A DNA stretch of 64,000 nucleotides, taken from the IMG/VR virus record IMGVR_UViG_3300045988_071562, positions 18,522 through 82,521 of that record; one strand, 5' to 3'. This document shows positions 18,031 to 26,944 of this stretch, piece by piece (within the stretch, counting starts at the first letter, position 1; every line of letters begins with the position of its first letter). The stretch comes from a virus. The notes under the pieces are model-generated. The model ran no database searches. It was not told where the DNA came from and saw only the letters and a program-made list of their open reading frames with translations. Position numbers and translations under genes: made by a program.

Positions 18031-19503
18031 TCATTCTTCGTTAGATGGAGAATTTGCCATTGGTTCTGTTTTGGACGGATTTTGAAACTTTCCGTCAAGT
18101 AATTGCTGTGCTTTCTGCATTTCCGCTTCTGGGTTTGCCAGTTCTGGATAAATTGTTCCAAGATAAGGAAGGCTCATTTCATAGACTTTCTGCGGATCAC
18201 TAAATAAGCCGCAAGTAATCAGTGCGATAAGCGGATGAATTTTATTTTTGAACAGATAATCAAGCGCTTGTGCTTTTACAAGCATATTGTCTGTTGGGTT
18301 TCTGGTTATCTTCACATCGAAATCTCGTGTTGAGATATTAACATCATTTGATGTGCCACGGATAATATTCAGAATAATTCTGGCAGATTCCTTTTCAGCT
18401 TCCTTGGTGAATGCTTCTACCAATTTTGCATCTCTCTCTGCAAAATCCCATCCATTACGAAGGTATACGGCATTTCCTGTATCCCCTCCGCTGTTGCTTT
18501 GACGGTTTGGCATTGCTTCCACAATCAGCATATTATTGTAGATATCATCCTTTGCAACCTGGCTTTCTGATTGATTTAGTTCAGCGGTCATCAGTTCAAC
18601 ATCCGACTGACATCCATTTCCGGTATCTTTAACAGAGATAGCACCAAGCTTTACCATTTTCAAAAACTCGTTTTCGTCTACCTCGCAGTTTTTAAATTTC
18701 ATAAAGGCTTGCACAAACTGTTCCACGCCATTTAATCTATCAGACTGATATTTGTTGATTGCATCGAATAAGGTGATTGCAATTTCAACATCCGAAAGTC
18801 TATCGTGATTATTCGGGCATTCAACAATAGGAATACCACCAAAACCATTGATGCCGTAATTGGTCACTTTTCCATTCTTGATTTCAAAAAACTGGTTCTT
18901 TGAATAACATAAATAATATTGCTGTTCATCTTCATCTTTTAAAATCTGTACGGAAAGCATTGCTTTCCCATTTCTCTGCGAATATACAATGTAACAATCA
19001 CCTGGATATGGGATGAAAATTCTAAATGGAGGTAAATCTCCGTTTTTTGTCCAGTCCTCTTCTTTCAGAATAGCCTTATAAGAAGTTCCTGTTGCGCTTT
19101 GGTATATTGCCCTCTGGATGTTTCTTGCATCTGCATTGGCTTCATCCAGATAATCATTCAGAAGGTCAACTTGCTCATTTATTTTTTTATCTGCTTTTTT
19201 CTTTTTGCATACATATTGGATTGGCTCCCCGCAAATTTGTCCAGCTTTAAATTTCACAGTTTCAAATGCGTGATTTTCAACCACTCTGTTATTAACTTCT
19301 GGACGGACTATTTTATTTCGATATAATATTGGCTGATCGCCTTTCATGTACCGATACAAGTAATCAATCAATGTTCGGTTTCTATTATGTATACCAATTG
19401 TATCTGACACTACTTTTACTACATTTTGTGGAGTGATTCGGTCAACGCCTGTGTAGGCTACTTTTCGCCCGAACTCACCTCGGCATAAATCTACAAAATT
19501 CAT
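18031..19503 (-). CDS. Portal protein (SPP1 gp6-like)
   Basis: About 490 aa directly after the terminase region. The start is ATG 19503 or 19527, both with weak SDs. Confidence 0.85.
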   Translation of the reverse strand: MNFVDLCRGEFGRKVAYTGVDRITPQNVVKVVSDTIGIHNRNRTLIDYLYRYMKGDQPILYRNKIVRPEVNNRVVENHAFETVKFKAGQICGEPIQYVCKKKKADKKINEQVDLLNDYLDEANADARNIQRAIYQSATGTSYKAILKEEDWTKNGDLPPFRIFIPYPGDCYIVYSQRNGKAMLSVQILKDEDEQQYYLCYSKNQFFEIKNGKVTNYGINGFGGIPIVECPNNHDRLSDVEIAITLFDAINKYQSDRLNGVEQFVQAFMKFKNCEVDENEFLKMVKLGAISVKDTGNGCQSDVELMTAELNQSESQVAKDDIYNNMLIVEAMPNRQSNSGGDTGNAVYLRNGWDFAERDAKLVEAFTKEAEKESARIILNIIRGTSNDVNISTRDFDVKITRNPTDNMLVKAQALDYLFKNKIHPLIALITCGLFSDPQKVYEMSLPYLGTIYPELANPEAEMQKAQQLLDGKFQNPSKTEPMANSPSNEE

Positions 19504-19598
19504 TGTATTTCTCACGAGCCGAACCATCCTTTCTGCAAAATAAAAAGCACTGGATATTTTAATCCAATGCTCTACTTTATATTTTACACATATTGGCG

Positions 19599-19623
19599 GT
19601 ATCATTCAGTATATTTTGGTATC
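19599..19623 (-). repeat. Conserved 25-nt element, copy 2 (minus strand GATACCAAAATATACTGAATGATAC)
   Basis: 24 of 25 nt identical to 8008-8032. It overlaps the stop of 19622..20044 and lies 75-100 nt upstream of the portal start. Confidence 0.7.
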
Positions 19624-20044
19624 ATCTTTCAAAACCTTTTATCTTTTTTACTTCTGCCAAAGCTTTTAAGTGTTTTTTCTTAATATGTATTTCAGAATAT
19701 CCCATCTCGTCTGCGATACGAACCAATGATTTGTACTCAACATAGTGCTTAAATAGTATGTTGTACAGCAACGGGTCTTCAACCTGTTCTATGGTTCGAA
19801 CTATTTCCTGTTTTTTTTGTAAAAATTCGGATATCATTTTTGAAATCTCTTCTCGCAGATCAAATATCTTTGCAACCATATCTCCCATTGGATCACGTTT
19901 TACAGAAGTTTGTACCTTTTCTCCAACAGGGATTGCAGATACACTTGTGGAAAGAGAACTGAGCTGTTCTTCTTCGATAAGCTTGTTTTTGATTCTGTTA
20001 TCATAATTTTCAATTTGTCGTAAATATTGAGTTGCAGTCATCAT
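19622..20044 (-). CDS. DUF1492 / ArpU-RinA-like late regulator (sigma region-4-like)
   Basis: 140 aa. The C-terminal ..LLYNILFKHYVEYKSLVRIADEMGYSEIHIKKKHLKALAEV.. is an HTH. It sits unusually between TerL and the portal gene. Confidence 0.55.
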   Translation of the reverse strand: MMTATQYLRQIENYDNRIKNKLIEEEQLSSLSTSVSAIPVGEKVQTSVKRDPMGDMVAKIFDLREEISKMISEFLQKKQEIVRTIEQVEDPLLYNILFKHYVEYKSLVRIADEMGYSEIHIKKKHLKALAEVKKIKGFER

Positions 20045-20047
20045 ATT

Positions 20048-21742
20048 TTATCTCCTTCCCCACATAAAATTTTTGGTTGCTTTTACTTCTGCAAATCTTT
20101 TTCCAGCAAGTGTTATTGCAAGCTGTGTAACTCCATCTGCGGCGTCATCATGCTCATTATCGCCAATATATACAAAGGTCGTTAATTCATCCATGGCCTT
20201 TTGATACTGCTTGTCTTGATATTTTGGAGCCAAAAATATGAAATTCTGCTTAACATCCCCGGAATACTGATTTATTTTTTCTTTTTTTGCTTGTTTTGAA
20301 GGCGCTTTTGTACTGGTCGTGCTGCAAGCGTATTTATGTTCTTTCAACCGTTCATTTACATAATAGGCATACATATCTCCACCATTATTTGCTTCAAAAT
20401 TGATGGATTGAATATTATTACCCATGATTCTTCCAACAACTAATGGCAATGTTCCTTCTTTTGGTGCCGTGCTGAAAATCCAGTCATAAATATACACATC
20501 TCCATTTTCGTATTCTGCGCCCACTGGCATTGATAAGCTATCACCACCACCCCACGCAACATCACAGGCAGAAACATTTTTAACAAATCCCCCTTCTGGA
20601 AGAACGCCGTTATAATATCTCAATTCATCAGCTGCAAACACAATTCCTTCACGTAAGAAGGGCTTTTGCTGATATTTGGCTTCCCATTCGTTAGCGTCTA
20701 ACCTGGCTTTCATATCGACATAATATTTTGTTGAAAATCCAACGCCATACTCATAATCGAAATTCGATTTACCTTCATCATTCAAAGCTGGAATTTTTCT
20801 AAACCGATACATTGGATTATCGTGATTTAGCTTCTCGATTTTTCCAAGAGGGTCATATAAATTCCATCTAGTTCCAACCATAAGTTCCCTTGCGCCATCA
20901 ATCTTACGGTCAACCATCTTATTCAGATATTCTTGATATGTATTTTCTAATCGGGTAGGACTTAATGAATGTTGCCTATCTCTTACAAGATCATCCACAT
21001 ACAAATAACCATCGGAAGAAATATCAACGGCACCCGTCCAAGTTCCTTCAATACCACGGCAAGTCATTGTTGCAAATCTATCTGGTTTGTCCAGGTTTAT
21101 TTCAAAATCATCAGCACTTTGTTTTTGAAGTTTCGACTGTGGAAAAATTTCATTGTAGTTGTATTCCTGTGTATTAATGAGATTAAGAAGTTCTCCGTAA
21201 AATCCTTTTGCCAGTTTTCCAGAATGACCGCCCATTGCACTATGACTATTCGGTCTTTTACCCATTATCCAAGACATAAAGAAAATACACATAGTAGATT
21301 TTCCAACACGGCTTGGAAGCGATAAACCGTAAAACTCTATCTTTCTTTCTTCCAAATCTTGTAGGTCTTGGGCTACCACATGTAGTGTTTTTCTTCTTGG
21401 AATATAAAATTTCTTGCTGTCCGGTCTATTCTTTTCCATATAAAGCAAGTAACTTTCAAATAAATGTGGTGCTTCCAGTAACAAATACTGCCAGTATATA
21501 TCGTCAAAGTCACCACTACCAGTTAATGCAGCACACTTCTCTGCTATGTTATGTGAGTATTGACTTACTTTCATAGCCATTTTCCGTGCTTCTTGGTTCT
21601 TGTCGAAAGGAAGGTCAATATTCATATTTAAGAGCAAATCAAGGCAATCTTTTTGGTTCTGATAGATTGTCATATCACTATTGATAATTTGATTCAGTAC
21701 TGCCCGATACCATTCGAGCGAGCCTTCTGTAATTTTTGACAT
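20048..21742 (-). CDS. Terminase large subunit
   Basis: 564 aa. Walker A ..LPSRVGKST.. and Walker B ..GYLYVDDLV.. are present, with a nuclease half downstream. No SD is visible before ATG 21742. Confidence 0.9.
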   Translation of the reverse strand: MSKITEGSLEWYRAVLNQIINSDMTIYQNQKDCLDLLLNMNIDLPFDKNQEARKMAMKVSQYSHNIAEKCAALTGSGDFDDIYWQYLLLEAPHLFESYLLYMEKNRPDSKKFYIPRRKTLHVVAQDLQDLEERKIEFYGLSLPSRVGKSTMCIFFMSWIMGKRPNSHSAMGGHSGKLAKGFYGELLNLINTQEYNYNEIFPQSKLQKQSADDFEINLDKPDRFATMTCRGIEGTWTGAVDISSDGYLYVDDLVRDRQHSLSPTRLENTYQEYLNKMVDRKIDGARELMVGTRWNLYDPLGKIEKLNHDNPMYRFRKIPALNDEGKSNFDYEYGVGFSTKYYVDMKARLDANEWEAKYQQKPFLREGIVFAADELRYYNGVLPEGGFVKNVSACDVAWGGGDSLSMPVGAEYENGDVYIYDWIFSTAPKEGTLPLVVGRIMGNNIQSINFEANNGGDMYAYYVNERLKEHKYACSTTSTKAPSKQAKKEKINQYSGDVKQNFIFLAPKYQDKQYQKAMDELTTFVYIGDNEHDDAADGVTQLAITLAGKRFAEVKATKNFMWGRR

Positions 21743-21789
21743 AAAAATAGAGCCAGACCTTCTTTCTTTTTAGGATTTAGTCTGGCTCT
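21743..21789 (-). terminator. Intrinsic terminator after rtcB
   Basis: AGAGCCAGAC (21749-21758) pairs with GTCTGGCTCT (21780-21789). ATTTTT follows on the minus strand, directly abutting the TerL ATG. Confidence 0.5.
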
Positions 21790-21793
21790 CATG

Positions 21794-21808
21794 TGGCTCT
21801 CTTGACTG
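21794..21808. repeat. 15-bp direct repeat TGGCTCTCTTGACTG, copy 1 (abuts the rtcB stop)
   Basis: Identical 15-mer at 23027-23041. Confidence 0.85.
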
Positions 21809-23011
21809 TTATTCACTTGCTTTAAAGTTATATATAGGTTTGATAATATCAATTATTTCTACGGTATCTTTGATGTTATCAATAATTTCTTGCGGTGTTT
21901 TGTAAGCCATAGGGCTTTCATCAATTGTAGATTTATGAACGGATGTTGTATATATTCCATCCATAGACTCCTTAAATTCTTCTAACGAAATGTTTTCTTT
22001 TGCTTTTGACCGGCTCATAATACGTCCTGCGCCATGCGGGGCTGAACAGTTCCAATCCTCGTTTCCTTTCCCGACTGCAATAATGCATCCGTCTCGCATA
22101 TTCATGGGGATAAGAACTTTTTCACCATACTTAGCTGATATCGCACCTTTCCGAACAATATTTGTATCGTGGTCAATATAATTATGAATTGTGTCAAACC
22201 ATGTATTTCTTTGAAGCGTCCAATTCATGCTGTAGAATATAGCCGACTGTATACACCGTCTGTTTATTCTTGCAAATTCTTGACAGATTTTCATATCATG
22301 CAGATATTGTTTTCTGTGTTCTCCTGTCAAGTAGCACAATTCTTTCGGAATGTCAAGTTTGTCTGGCTTCCATTTTCGTTTTAATTCGTCAATACCATTT
22401 TGAATTTCCTTGTGCCTGCCAGAGCACTTGTATTCTTTTATTAATTTCTGTATTTCAGTTTCAAGTTTATCTGTGCTCCGCATATCTTCTATGGCAATTT
22501 TTTGATATATTTCAGCTACTTGCTTCCCAAGGTTGCGACTTCCAGTATGAATTACAAGGTATTTTGCACCTTTTGAATTGGTGTCAACTTCAATAAAATG
22601 ATTTCCACCCCCAAGTGTACCAAGGCTCCTGCGAATCCATTCGATATTTTTAAGCTGATGAAAGCAGTGAAGTTCTTCTAATTCTTCAAAATTTATGATT
22701 TCGTCACGTACATTTCTTCCTGCTGGAACATTGTTTCTTATTACTTCGTCAAGTTTTTTTAAATCTATTGTTCCCACATCGGTAGGAATTTGTGTTGTAA
22801 GCATTCCACATCCAATGTCCACGCCAACAATGTTTGGAATTACTTTATCTCCGAGATCAGCAGTAAAGCCAATTACACATCCTGCTCCTGCGTGAACATC
22901 TGGCATGATTCGTACTTTGCATTCAGAAAATGCAGGCTGTTTTATCAATGCATAAATCTGATTTAATGCTTCTGGTTCGATATTTTCTGTAAATATCTTC
23001 AAGTCACTCAT
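21809..23011 (-). CDS. rtcB: RNA ligase RtcB
   Basis: 400 aa with the hallmark motifs PDVHAGAGCVIG, GVDIGCGM, GGGNHFIE, HTGSRNLG, MRDG and SAPHGAGR. Confidence 0.9.
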   Translation of the reverse strand: MSDLKIFTENIEPEALNQIYALIKQPAFSECKVRIMPDVHAGAGCVIGFTADLGDKVIPNIVGVDIGCGMLTTQIPTDVGTIDLKKLDEVIRNNVPAGRNVRDEIINFEELEELHCFHQLKNIEWIRRSLGTLGGGNHFIEVDTNSKGAKYLVIHTGSRNLGKQVAEIYQKIAIEDMRSTDKLETEIQKLIKEYKCSGRHKEIQNGIDELKRKWKPDKLDIPKELCYLTGEHRKQYLHDMKICQEFARINRRCIQSAIFYSMNWTLQRNTWFDTIHNYIDHDTNIVRKGAISAKYGEKVLIPMNMRDGCIIAVGKGNEDWNCSAPHGAGRIMSRSKAKENISLEEFKESMDGIYTTSVHKSTIDESPMAYKTPQEIIDNIKDTVEIIDIIKPIYNFKASE

Positions 23012-23026
23012 AATGGCGCTCCTTTC

Positions 23027-23041
23027 TGGCTCTCTTGACTG
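23027..23041. repeat. 15-bp direct repeat TGGCTCTCTTGACTG, copy 2 (16 nt upstream of the rtcB ATG)
   Basis: Identical to 21794-21808. Confidence 0.85.
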
Positions 23042-23043
23042 AT

Positions 23044-23238
23044 TTACTTATTTTTTTCCGTAAAAATATTTTCAATTACTTTCCACTCTGCGAATACTGT
23101 CATAAACAATAATGGTACTGCCGAAAATCCCCAATGATTTTCAATCATCATTTGAATTGTGGCTATCAAATAATCTGCTACCCATTTGGATATTATGAAA
23201 TTCGCAATTATCCAACATATTTTTCTTGCCTTCTTCAC
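23044..23238 (-). CDS. Small membrane protein (64 aa)
   Basis: From the ORF track. It has two hydrophobic segments. Confidence 0.45.
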   Translation of the reverse strand: MKKARKICWIIANFIISKWVADYLIATIQMMIENHWGFSAVPLLFMTVFAEWKVIENIFTEKNK

Positions 23239-23253
23239 TCAATAGACCTCCAT

Positions 23254-23535
23254 TTATTTCCACGGTATATTATCATTTTCGTGTTCCAAAAAGAAATCAA
23301 CCTTGTCAACATATCCTTTAGCTATCAGTTTTTTTACACAATCATCAACTCTTACAGGAGATGTATACCTTGTAAATTCATTTGAATATACAGTCTTGGC
23401 TGTAATATTTCCGCATATTTTGCATTTTTTTACAATATAAGCATTTATATGAGTACCATTTCCGTAATCTATTCTGTCATAGCATTTCCCAATTTCCTCA
23501 TATAGGTGGGAACATTTTTCTTTAAACCAATTCAT
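23254..23535 (-). CDS. Hypothetical protein with a CxxC pair (CKICGN)
   Basis: From the ORF track, 93 aa. Confidence 0.45.
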   Translation of the reverse strand: MNWFKEKCSHLYEEIGKCYDRIDYGNGTHINAYIVKKCKICGNITAKTVYSNEFTRYTSPVRVDDCVKKLIAKGYVDKVDFFLEHENDNIPWK

Positions 23536-23539
23536 ACAT

Positions 23540-23719
23540 TCACCTCACTGGAATCCCTAATTGTTTGTAGGCAAATACGGCAGTGTACTTCTTCCCACAT
23601 TTGTAGCAAGTTTCCGTAATAGTGCAAGTCTTTTCTTTGTCATTACATTTTGATTCTGTATCCGAACTTTTGAACTTGCATCCACCTGTCAAAATGCATT
23701 TAATCCGTTTTACGTTCAT
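23540..23719 (-). CDS. Cys-rich mini-protein (59 aa)
   Basis: Start moved to ATG 23719 behind GGAGG (23726-23730). Reads MNVKRIKCILTGGCKFKSSDTESKCNDKEKTCTITETCYKCGKKY. Confidence 0.5.
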   Translation of the reverse strand: MNVKRIKCILTGGCKFKSSDTESKCNDKEKTCTITETCYKCGKKYTAVFAYKQLGIPVR

Positions 23720-24221
23720 CTGGTTCCTCCAAATAATTGATAATTTCATGTGCGATATGCGCCAATTCCCTTCTGGTATGTCGTTCAAAAAATTCATCAA
23801 TGTCAATTTTGAATACTGAATCAAATTTCTGTGATTCATTGATTCTTTTTATAGCTTTATCAAGTTTTGTTTCTGGATAATGTGGGTTTATATAACAAGT
23901 CAAAGGATTATTTTCATCATGTACCTCTGAATCGCATATAACCTTATACCATTTAACAGAAGTTCTTTCTCCTGCATCTTTTTGAATTAGAATATTTGAA
24001 AGTCCTCCAATATAACATTTTATGACCATATCATCATTTTTTATTTTTACTGAATATTCCTTTTGAAATTCAAATACAGTGTACTCAGTATAAAATTTTA
24101 AAACGGTCTTTGTAATTGGCGGATAAGATGTAAAAAGAATTTCCTCGATATCAATCTGCGCATATGTTTCTATTCCAAGTTCGATGATCTCAATCGGAAT
24201 CCTTTTAACCACAATTCTCAT
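23700..24221 (-). CDS. Hypothetical protein (173 aa)
   Basis: From the ORF track. Overlapping start/stop with both neighbours. Confidence 0.5.
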   Translation of the reverse strand: MRIVVKRIPIEIIELGIETYAQIDIEEILFTSYPPITKTVLKFYTEYTVFEFQKEYSVKIKNDDMVIKCYIGGLSNILIQKDAGERTSVKWYKVICDSEVHDENNPLTCYINPHYPETKLDKAIKRINESQKFDSVFKIDIDEFFERHTRRELAHIAHEIINYLEEPDERKTD

Positions 24222-24451
24222 ACATTCACCTCAAACTCTCTCTTACAATTGCTACCCTTGCATTTCAATTTAAGATGCTGAATTTTTGTCTCTGGGCTAA
24301 TCAGAAGTGCTTTCTTCTGGCAAAAAGGACAACAAGCGTATTTCGTTCCATTGATATTCCGTATCAATGCCTGTCCATTCCACGGTTCGGGTGGGTTCAT
24401 GTATTTAGAAAAATCTATCCCTTCGGATTCTAATGCTGACTTAATGCTCAT
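24218..24451 (-). CDS. Zinc-ribbon protein, Com-like (tentative)
   Basis: ..YACCPFCQKKALLISPETKIQHLKLKCKGSNCKREFEVNV. Confidence 0.4.
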   Translation of the reverse strand: MSIKSALESEGIDFSKYMNPPEPWNGQALIRNINGTKYACCPFCQKKALLISPETKIQHLKLKCKGSNCKREFEVNV

Positions 24452-24692
24452 TAATTTTCTCCCTCAATTGCTTTGGCAAATCATTAATGGAAAATGTTCC
24501 AAAAGTTCCGTAAACAATCTTTTTGTTTTGTGTGATTTCTATATTGTTCAACACTTCTTTTGATATTGGTTCAATATTTCCAATCTTTAAATCATCGCAT
24601 ACTAGATACTCTGAATGTAGTTTCTTTAGATATACGGCTTCATCACGCAATAAAGCTCCGTCAAGGTCATAATCTGCGTTTCCTGGTACCAT
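24441..24692 (-). CDS. Hypothetical protein (83 aa)
   Basis: From the ORF track; overlaps its neighbours. Confidence 0.4.
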   Translation of the reverse strand: MVPGNADYDLDGALLRDEAVYLKKLHSEYLVCDDLKIGNIEPISKEVLNNIEITQNKKIVYGTFGTFSINDLPKQLREKINEH

Positions 24693-24963
24693 TAATTTTC
24701 CTCCGTTTCGGAATACCGTGCATTTTACGGAAATTGTTCTGTTTTATTCGATCTGGAAAAGCAAAGAGCAAAGCATTTTCTTTAGTGAGTTTAAATTCGG
24801 TTTCAAATTCAAGTGATTTTCCTGCGAAGATAACAGAATTATTTTGTGTCTCAAAAGTCTCTAATGCATAAGCAATTAAATCTCGTGGAAATTCTGGTAT
24901 TCCCGATATGGATATTTCCTCATCTCCTATAAATAAACGCCTTAACTTGTCTTTCTCACCCAT
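24667..24963 (-). CDS. Hypothetical protein (98 aa) with a basic C-terminus
   Basis: From the ORF track. Confidence 0.4.
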   Translation of the reverse strand: MGEKDKLRRLFIGDEEISISGIPEFPRDLIAYALETFETQNNSVIFAGKSLEFETEFKLTKENALLFAFPDRIKQNNFRKMHGIPKRRKINGTRKRRL

Positions 24964-24964
24964 A

Positions 24965-25306
24965 TCAGCACATTCCTTTGTTTTTCCTTAAATTAGCGTA
25001 TCGGTCAACCAGAGTGTCAATGGTAGTCATCAGCTCATTAATTCTAATGCAATCATCCTGGTGGCGTTTTTCGTAATAAACATCCTTGAAAGAATCATTT
25101 TGTATATTCTCAACGCCCATATATCCCACTAAAGCTCTCTTAGTATCCATTTCATTTGTAAGCGCCATAATATGAGCATTGGCCGAATCAAGCTTATCTT
25201 TCAAATCCGATATTGTATTCTGCTTTTTCTCACACTCTTTGGATAGACGAACAACTTCTTTCTTCAGCTGTTCTTCCGTCCAGTCTGCCATGTCTGCATA
25301 TTTCAT
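24965..25306 (-). CDS. Hypothetical coiled-coil protein (113 aa)
   Basis: From the ORF track. Confidence 0.45.
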   Translation of the reverse strand: MKYADMADWTEEQLKKEVVRLSKECEKKQNTISDLKDKLDSANAHIMALTNEMDTKRALVGYMGVENIQNDSFKDVYYEKRHQDDCIRINELMTTIDTLVDRYANLRKNKGMC

Positions 25307-25318
25307 ATTTGCCGCTCC

Positions 25319-25528
25319 TTATCTGGTAGAACTCAAAACAATTTTATTTTTACACTGCGGACATACGATATATTTCTGCCTGTATCCGAAACCGGATGGC
25401 ATATTTGTAGCAAATTTCTTTTCTGTGTTTTCTTCTTTTACATCTTCTGATTCATCATAGCTCAATAACGCTCCGCAGTTCAAACAGGTTGCTTCTTTCA
25501 GCGTTCCCGGCTTAATAATTTTAATCAT
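25319..25528 (-). CDS. Zinc-ribbon mini-protein (69 aa)
   Basis: Start moved to ATG 25528 behind GGAGG (25535-25539). Contains CLNCG..CPQCKN. Confidence 0.5.
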   Translation of the reverse strand: MIKIIKPGTLKEATCLNCGALLSYDESEDVKEENTEKKFATNMPSGFGYRQKYIVCPQCKNKIVLSSTR

Positions 25529-25691
25529 GCTTTTCCTCCCTTTTCTGCCTGTGCCGCATCTGGCAGGCAACCATTTTAGTTATGTTTTCACGTTCCTGTT
25601 TTATACCATGTCCTTGTCTAAACAGTTCACATTCAAGGATATTCCCGCACTTGGAGCATTCGTCTTTTATTTCTTTACCGCATACTTCCAT
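25521..25691 (-). CDS. Cys-rich mini-protein (56 aa)
   Basis: Start moved to ATG 25691 (MEVCGKEIKDECSKCGNILECE) behind GGGAGAG. Confidence 0.4.
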   Translation of the reverse strand: MEVCGKEIKDECSKCGNILECELFRQGHGIKQERENITKMVACQMRHRQKREEKHD

Positions 25692-25825
25692 CTTCTTTTC
25701 TCTCCCAAAACTCACAACAACACTCTGGTTTCGTAAAGTCTGCACAATATTCACTGTCACCGTTGAAGCAAACCCATGTGAAGTCATCATGCTTTTTGCA
25801 ATTCTTACAACATTTTTTCTTTCAT
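25675..25825 (-). pseudogene. Cys-rich mini-ORF that needs a frame change in an A6 run
   Basis: ATG 25825 behind GAGGT reads MKEKML-stop. Dropping one A of the A6 run (T6 on plus at 25813-25818) gives MKEKCCKNCKKHDDFTWVCFNGDSEYCADFTKPECCCEFWERKEDGSMR. Confidence 0.3.
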
Positions 25826-25943
25826 AATTTACCTCGATTTAGGAAAATCCAGTGCTCCGACTTGAACGGCATAAATCTCCCAACGAGAAACACTGGAACT
25901 TTAAGGGGGAAAATGCAACTTCTGGCAATGGCAATTTGCCAGA

Positions 25944-26015
25944 TAGAAACAACAGGAATCGAACCTGTGTCACATGATATTGGATATCATTGCTCTACCA
26001 CTGAGCTATGTTTCT
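25944..26015 (-). tRNA. trnW: tRNA-Trp (anticodon CCA)
   Basis: AGAAACA-TA-GCTC-AGTGGTA-GAGC-A-ATGAT-ATCCAAT-ATCAT-GTGAC-ACAGG-TTCGATT-CCTGT-TGTTTCT-A. Full cloverleaf, 72 nt, no encoded CCA. Confidence 0.85.
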
Positions 26016-26237
26016 TTTTCATCCTCAAACGCTAAACAAGATGATTTTTTTAGAATCCCCGACTATCACTCCTCACGGGCATTGGTCTTATCTCTCTAAA
26101 AAGTTTTTGCACAAGATCGCTAGTGAGTTGCGTCTATATGCCTGCACGAACGCACACAAACAAATCCGCATTTATGTGCAAGAACTAACAATAGCTATGC
26201 TAAAGTCAGATTTCCTATCTACACTTGGTAGATAGAA

Positions 26238-26309
26238 TTGCAGGAGACGGATTCGAACCGCCGTTTCCATGGATATGAGCCATGTGAGATTCCACTTCTC
26301 TATCCTGCA
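26238..26309 (-). tRNA. trnM: tRNA with anticodon CAT (Met; could be Ile2 if lysidinylated)
   Basis: TGCAGGA-TA-GAGA-AGTGGAA-TCTC-A-CATGG-CTCATAT-CCATG-GAAAC-GGCGG-TTCGAAT-CCGTC-TCCTGCA-A. No initiator features (1:72 is paired and there is no GGG/CCC in the anticodon stem). Confidence 0.8.
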
Positions 26310-26657
26310 AGAACCCGGAAGAACCGGGTTAGCAATAGGTTTATCGTGTTATGCTTTCCACTATCCAGTTTTCTTTATTTGCGGCACGCATACTGGCAAC
26401 CCTAGCGGCTTTTTGATAACCGTGGTATGCTCCACGAGTATTTTTATGCACAACTTTAATGGCTTATGGTTCGCATCTTTTGAAAACTCCTTTAATCAGC
26501 GTGCGCTGCGCTGATTTCTTTAACTCCAAGATGCATTCCAGCTGGGAAACCAGATCCATTTAGGCTACGCCGTATCGCACCTATAATTTACCTGATCCAC
26601 ACGCTCAACTGGAAGTTTTTTCCACACATATTACGGATGAATGGCATTTAGAAGAAA

Positions 26658-26730
26658 TGGAAACTCTGGGATTCGAACCCAGGACTTACGGCTTATGAGG
26701 CCGTTGCTCTTACCGCTGAACTAAGCTTCC
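26658..26730 (-). tRNA. trnM: tRNA with anticodon CAT (Met or Ile2)
   Basis: GGAAGCT-TA-GTTC-AGCGGTAA-GAGC-A-ACGGC-CTCATAA-GCCGT-AAGTC-CTGGG-TTCGAAT-CCCAG-AGTTTCC-A. Confidence 0.8.
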
Positions 26731-26944
26731 TGAGATACCAGTTGGCAATACTGGTAACCAAACTGGCACTGTTACAGTTCTTAACCACCAACTATAACAA
26801 AGGTTTTCTGAAATACTCCTGATACTTCAGATACGCCTTCCGGGATATTTGAAGTCCCTTTAATCAGTCTCAGTTAGACTAGAAGGCTAGAGGTGTTTCT
26901 TATGAAAAAAAAGAATATTTTTGCAGCATATTAACTACTGCAAA

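Noticed and set aside
25848-25897. A tRNA-like mini-helix: a 7-bp acceptor-like stem enclosing CCG-TTCAAGT-CGG and a small hairpin.
   Set aside because: It is too short (50 nt), has no anticodon arm or D arm, and has only a 3-bp T stem. It is more likely a processing or terminator structure downstream of tRNA-Trp. It is mentioned in the tRNA finding only.
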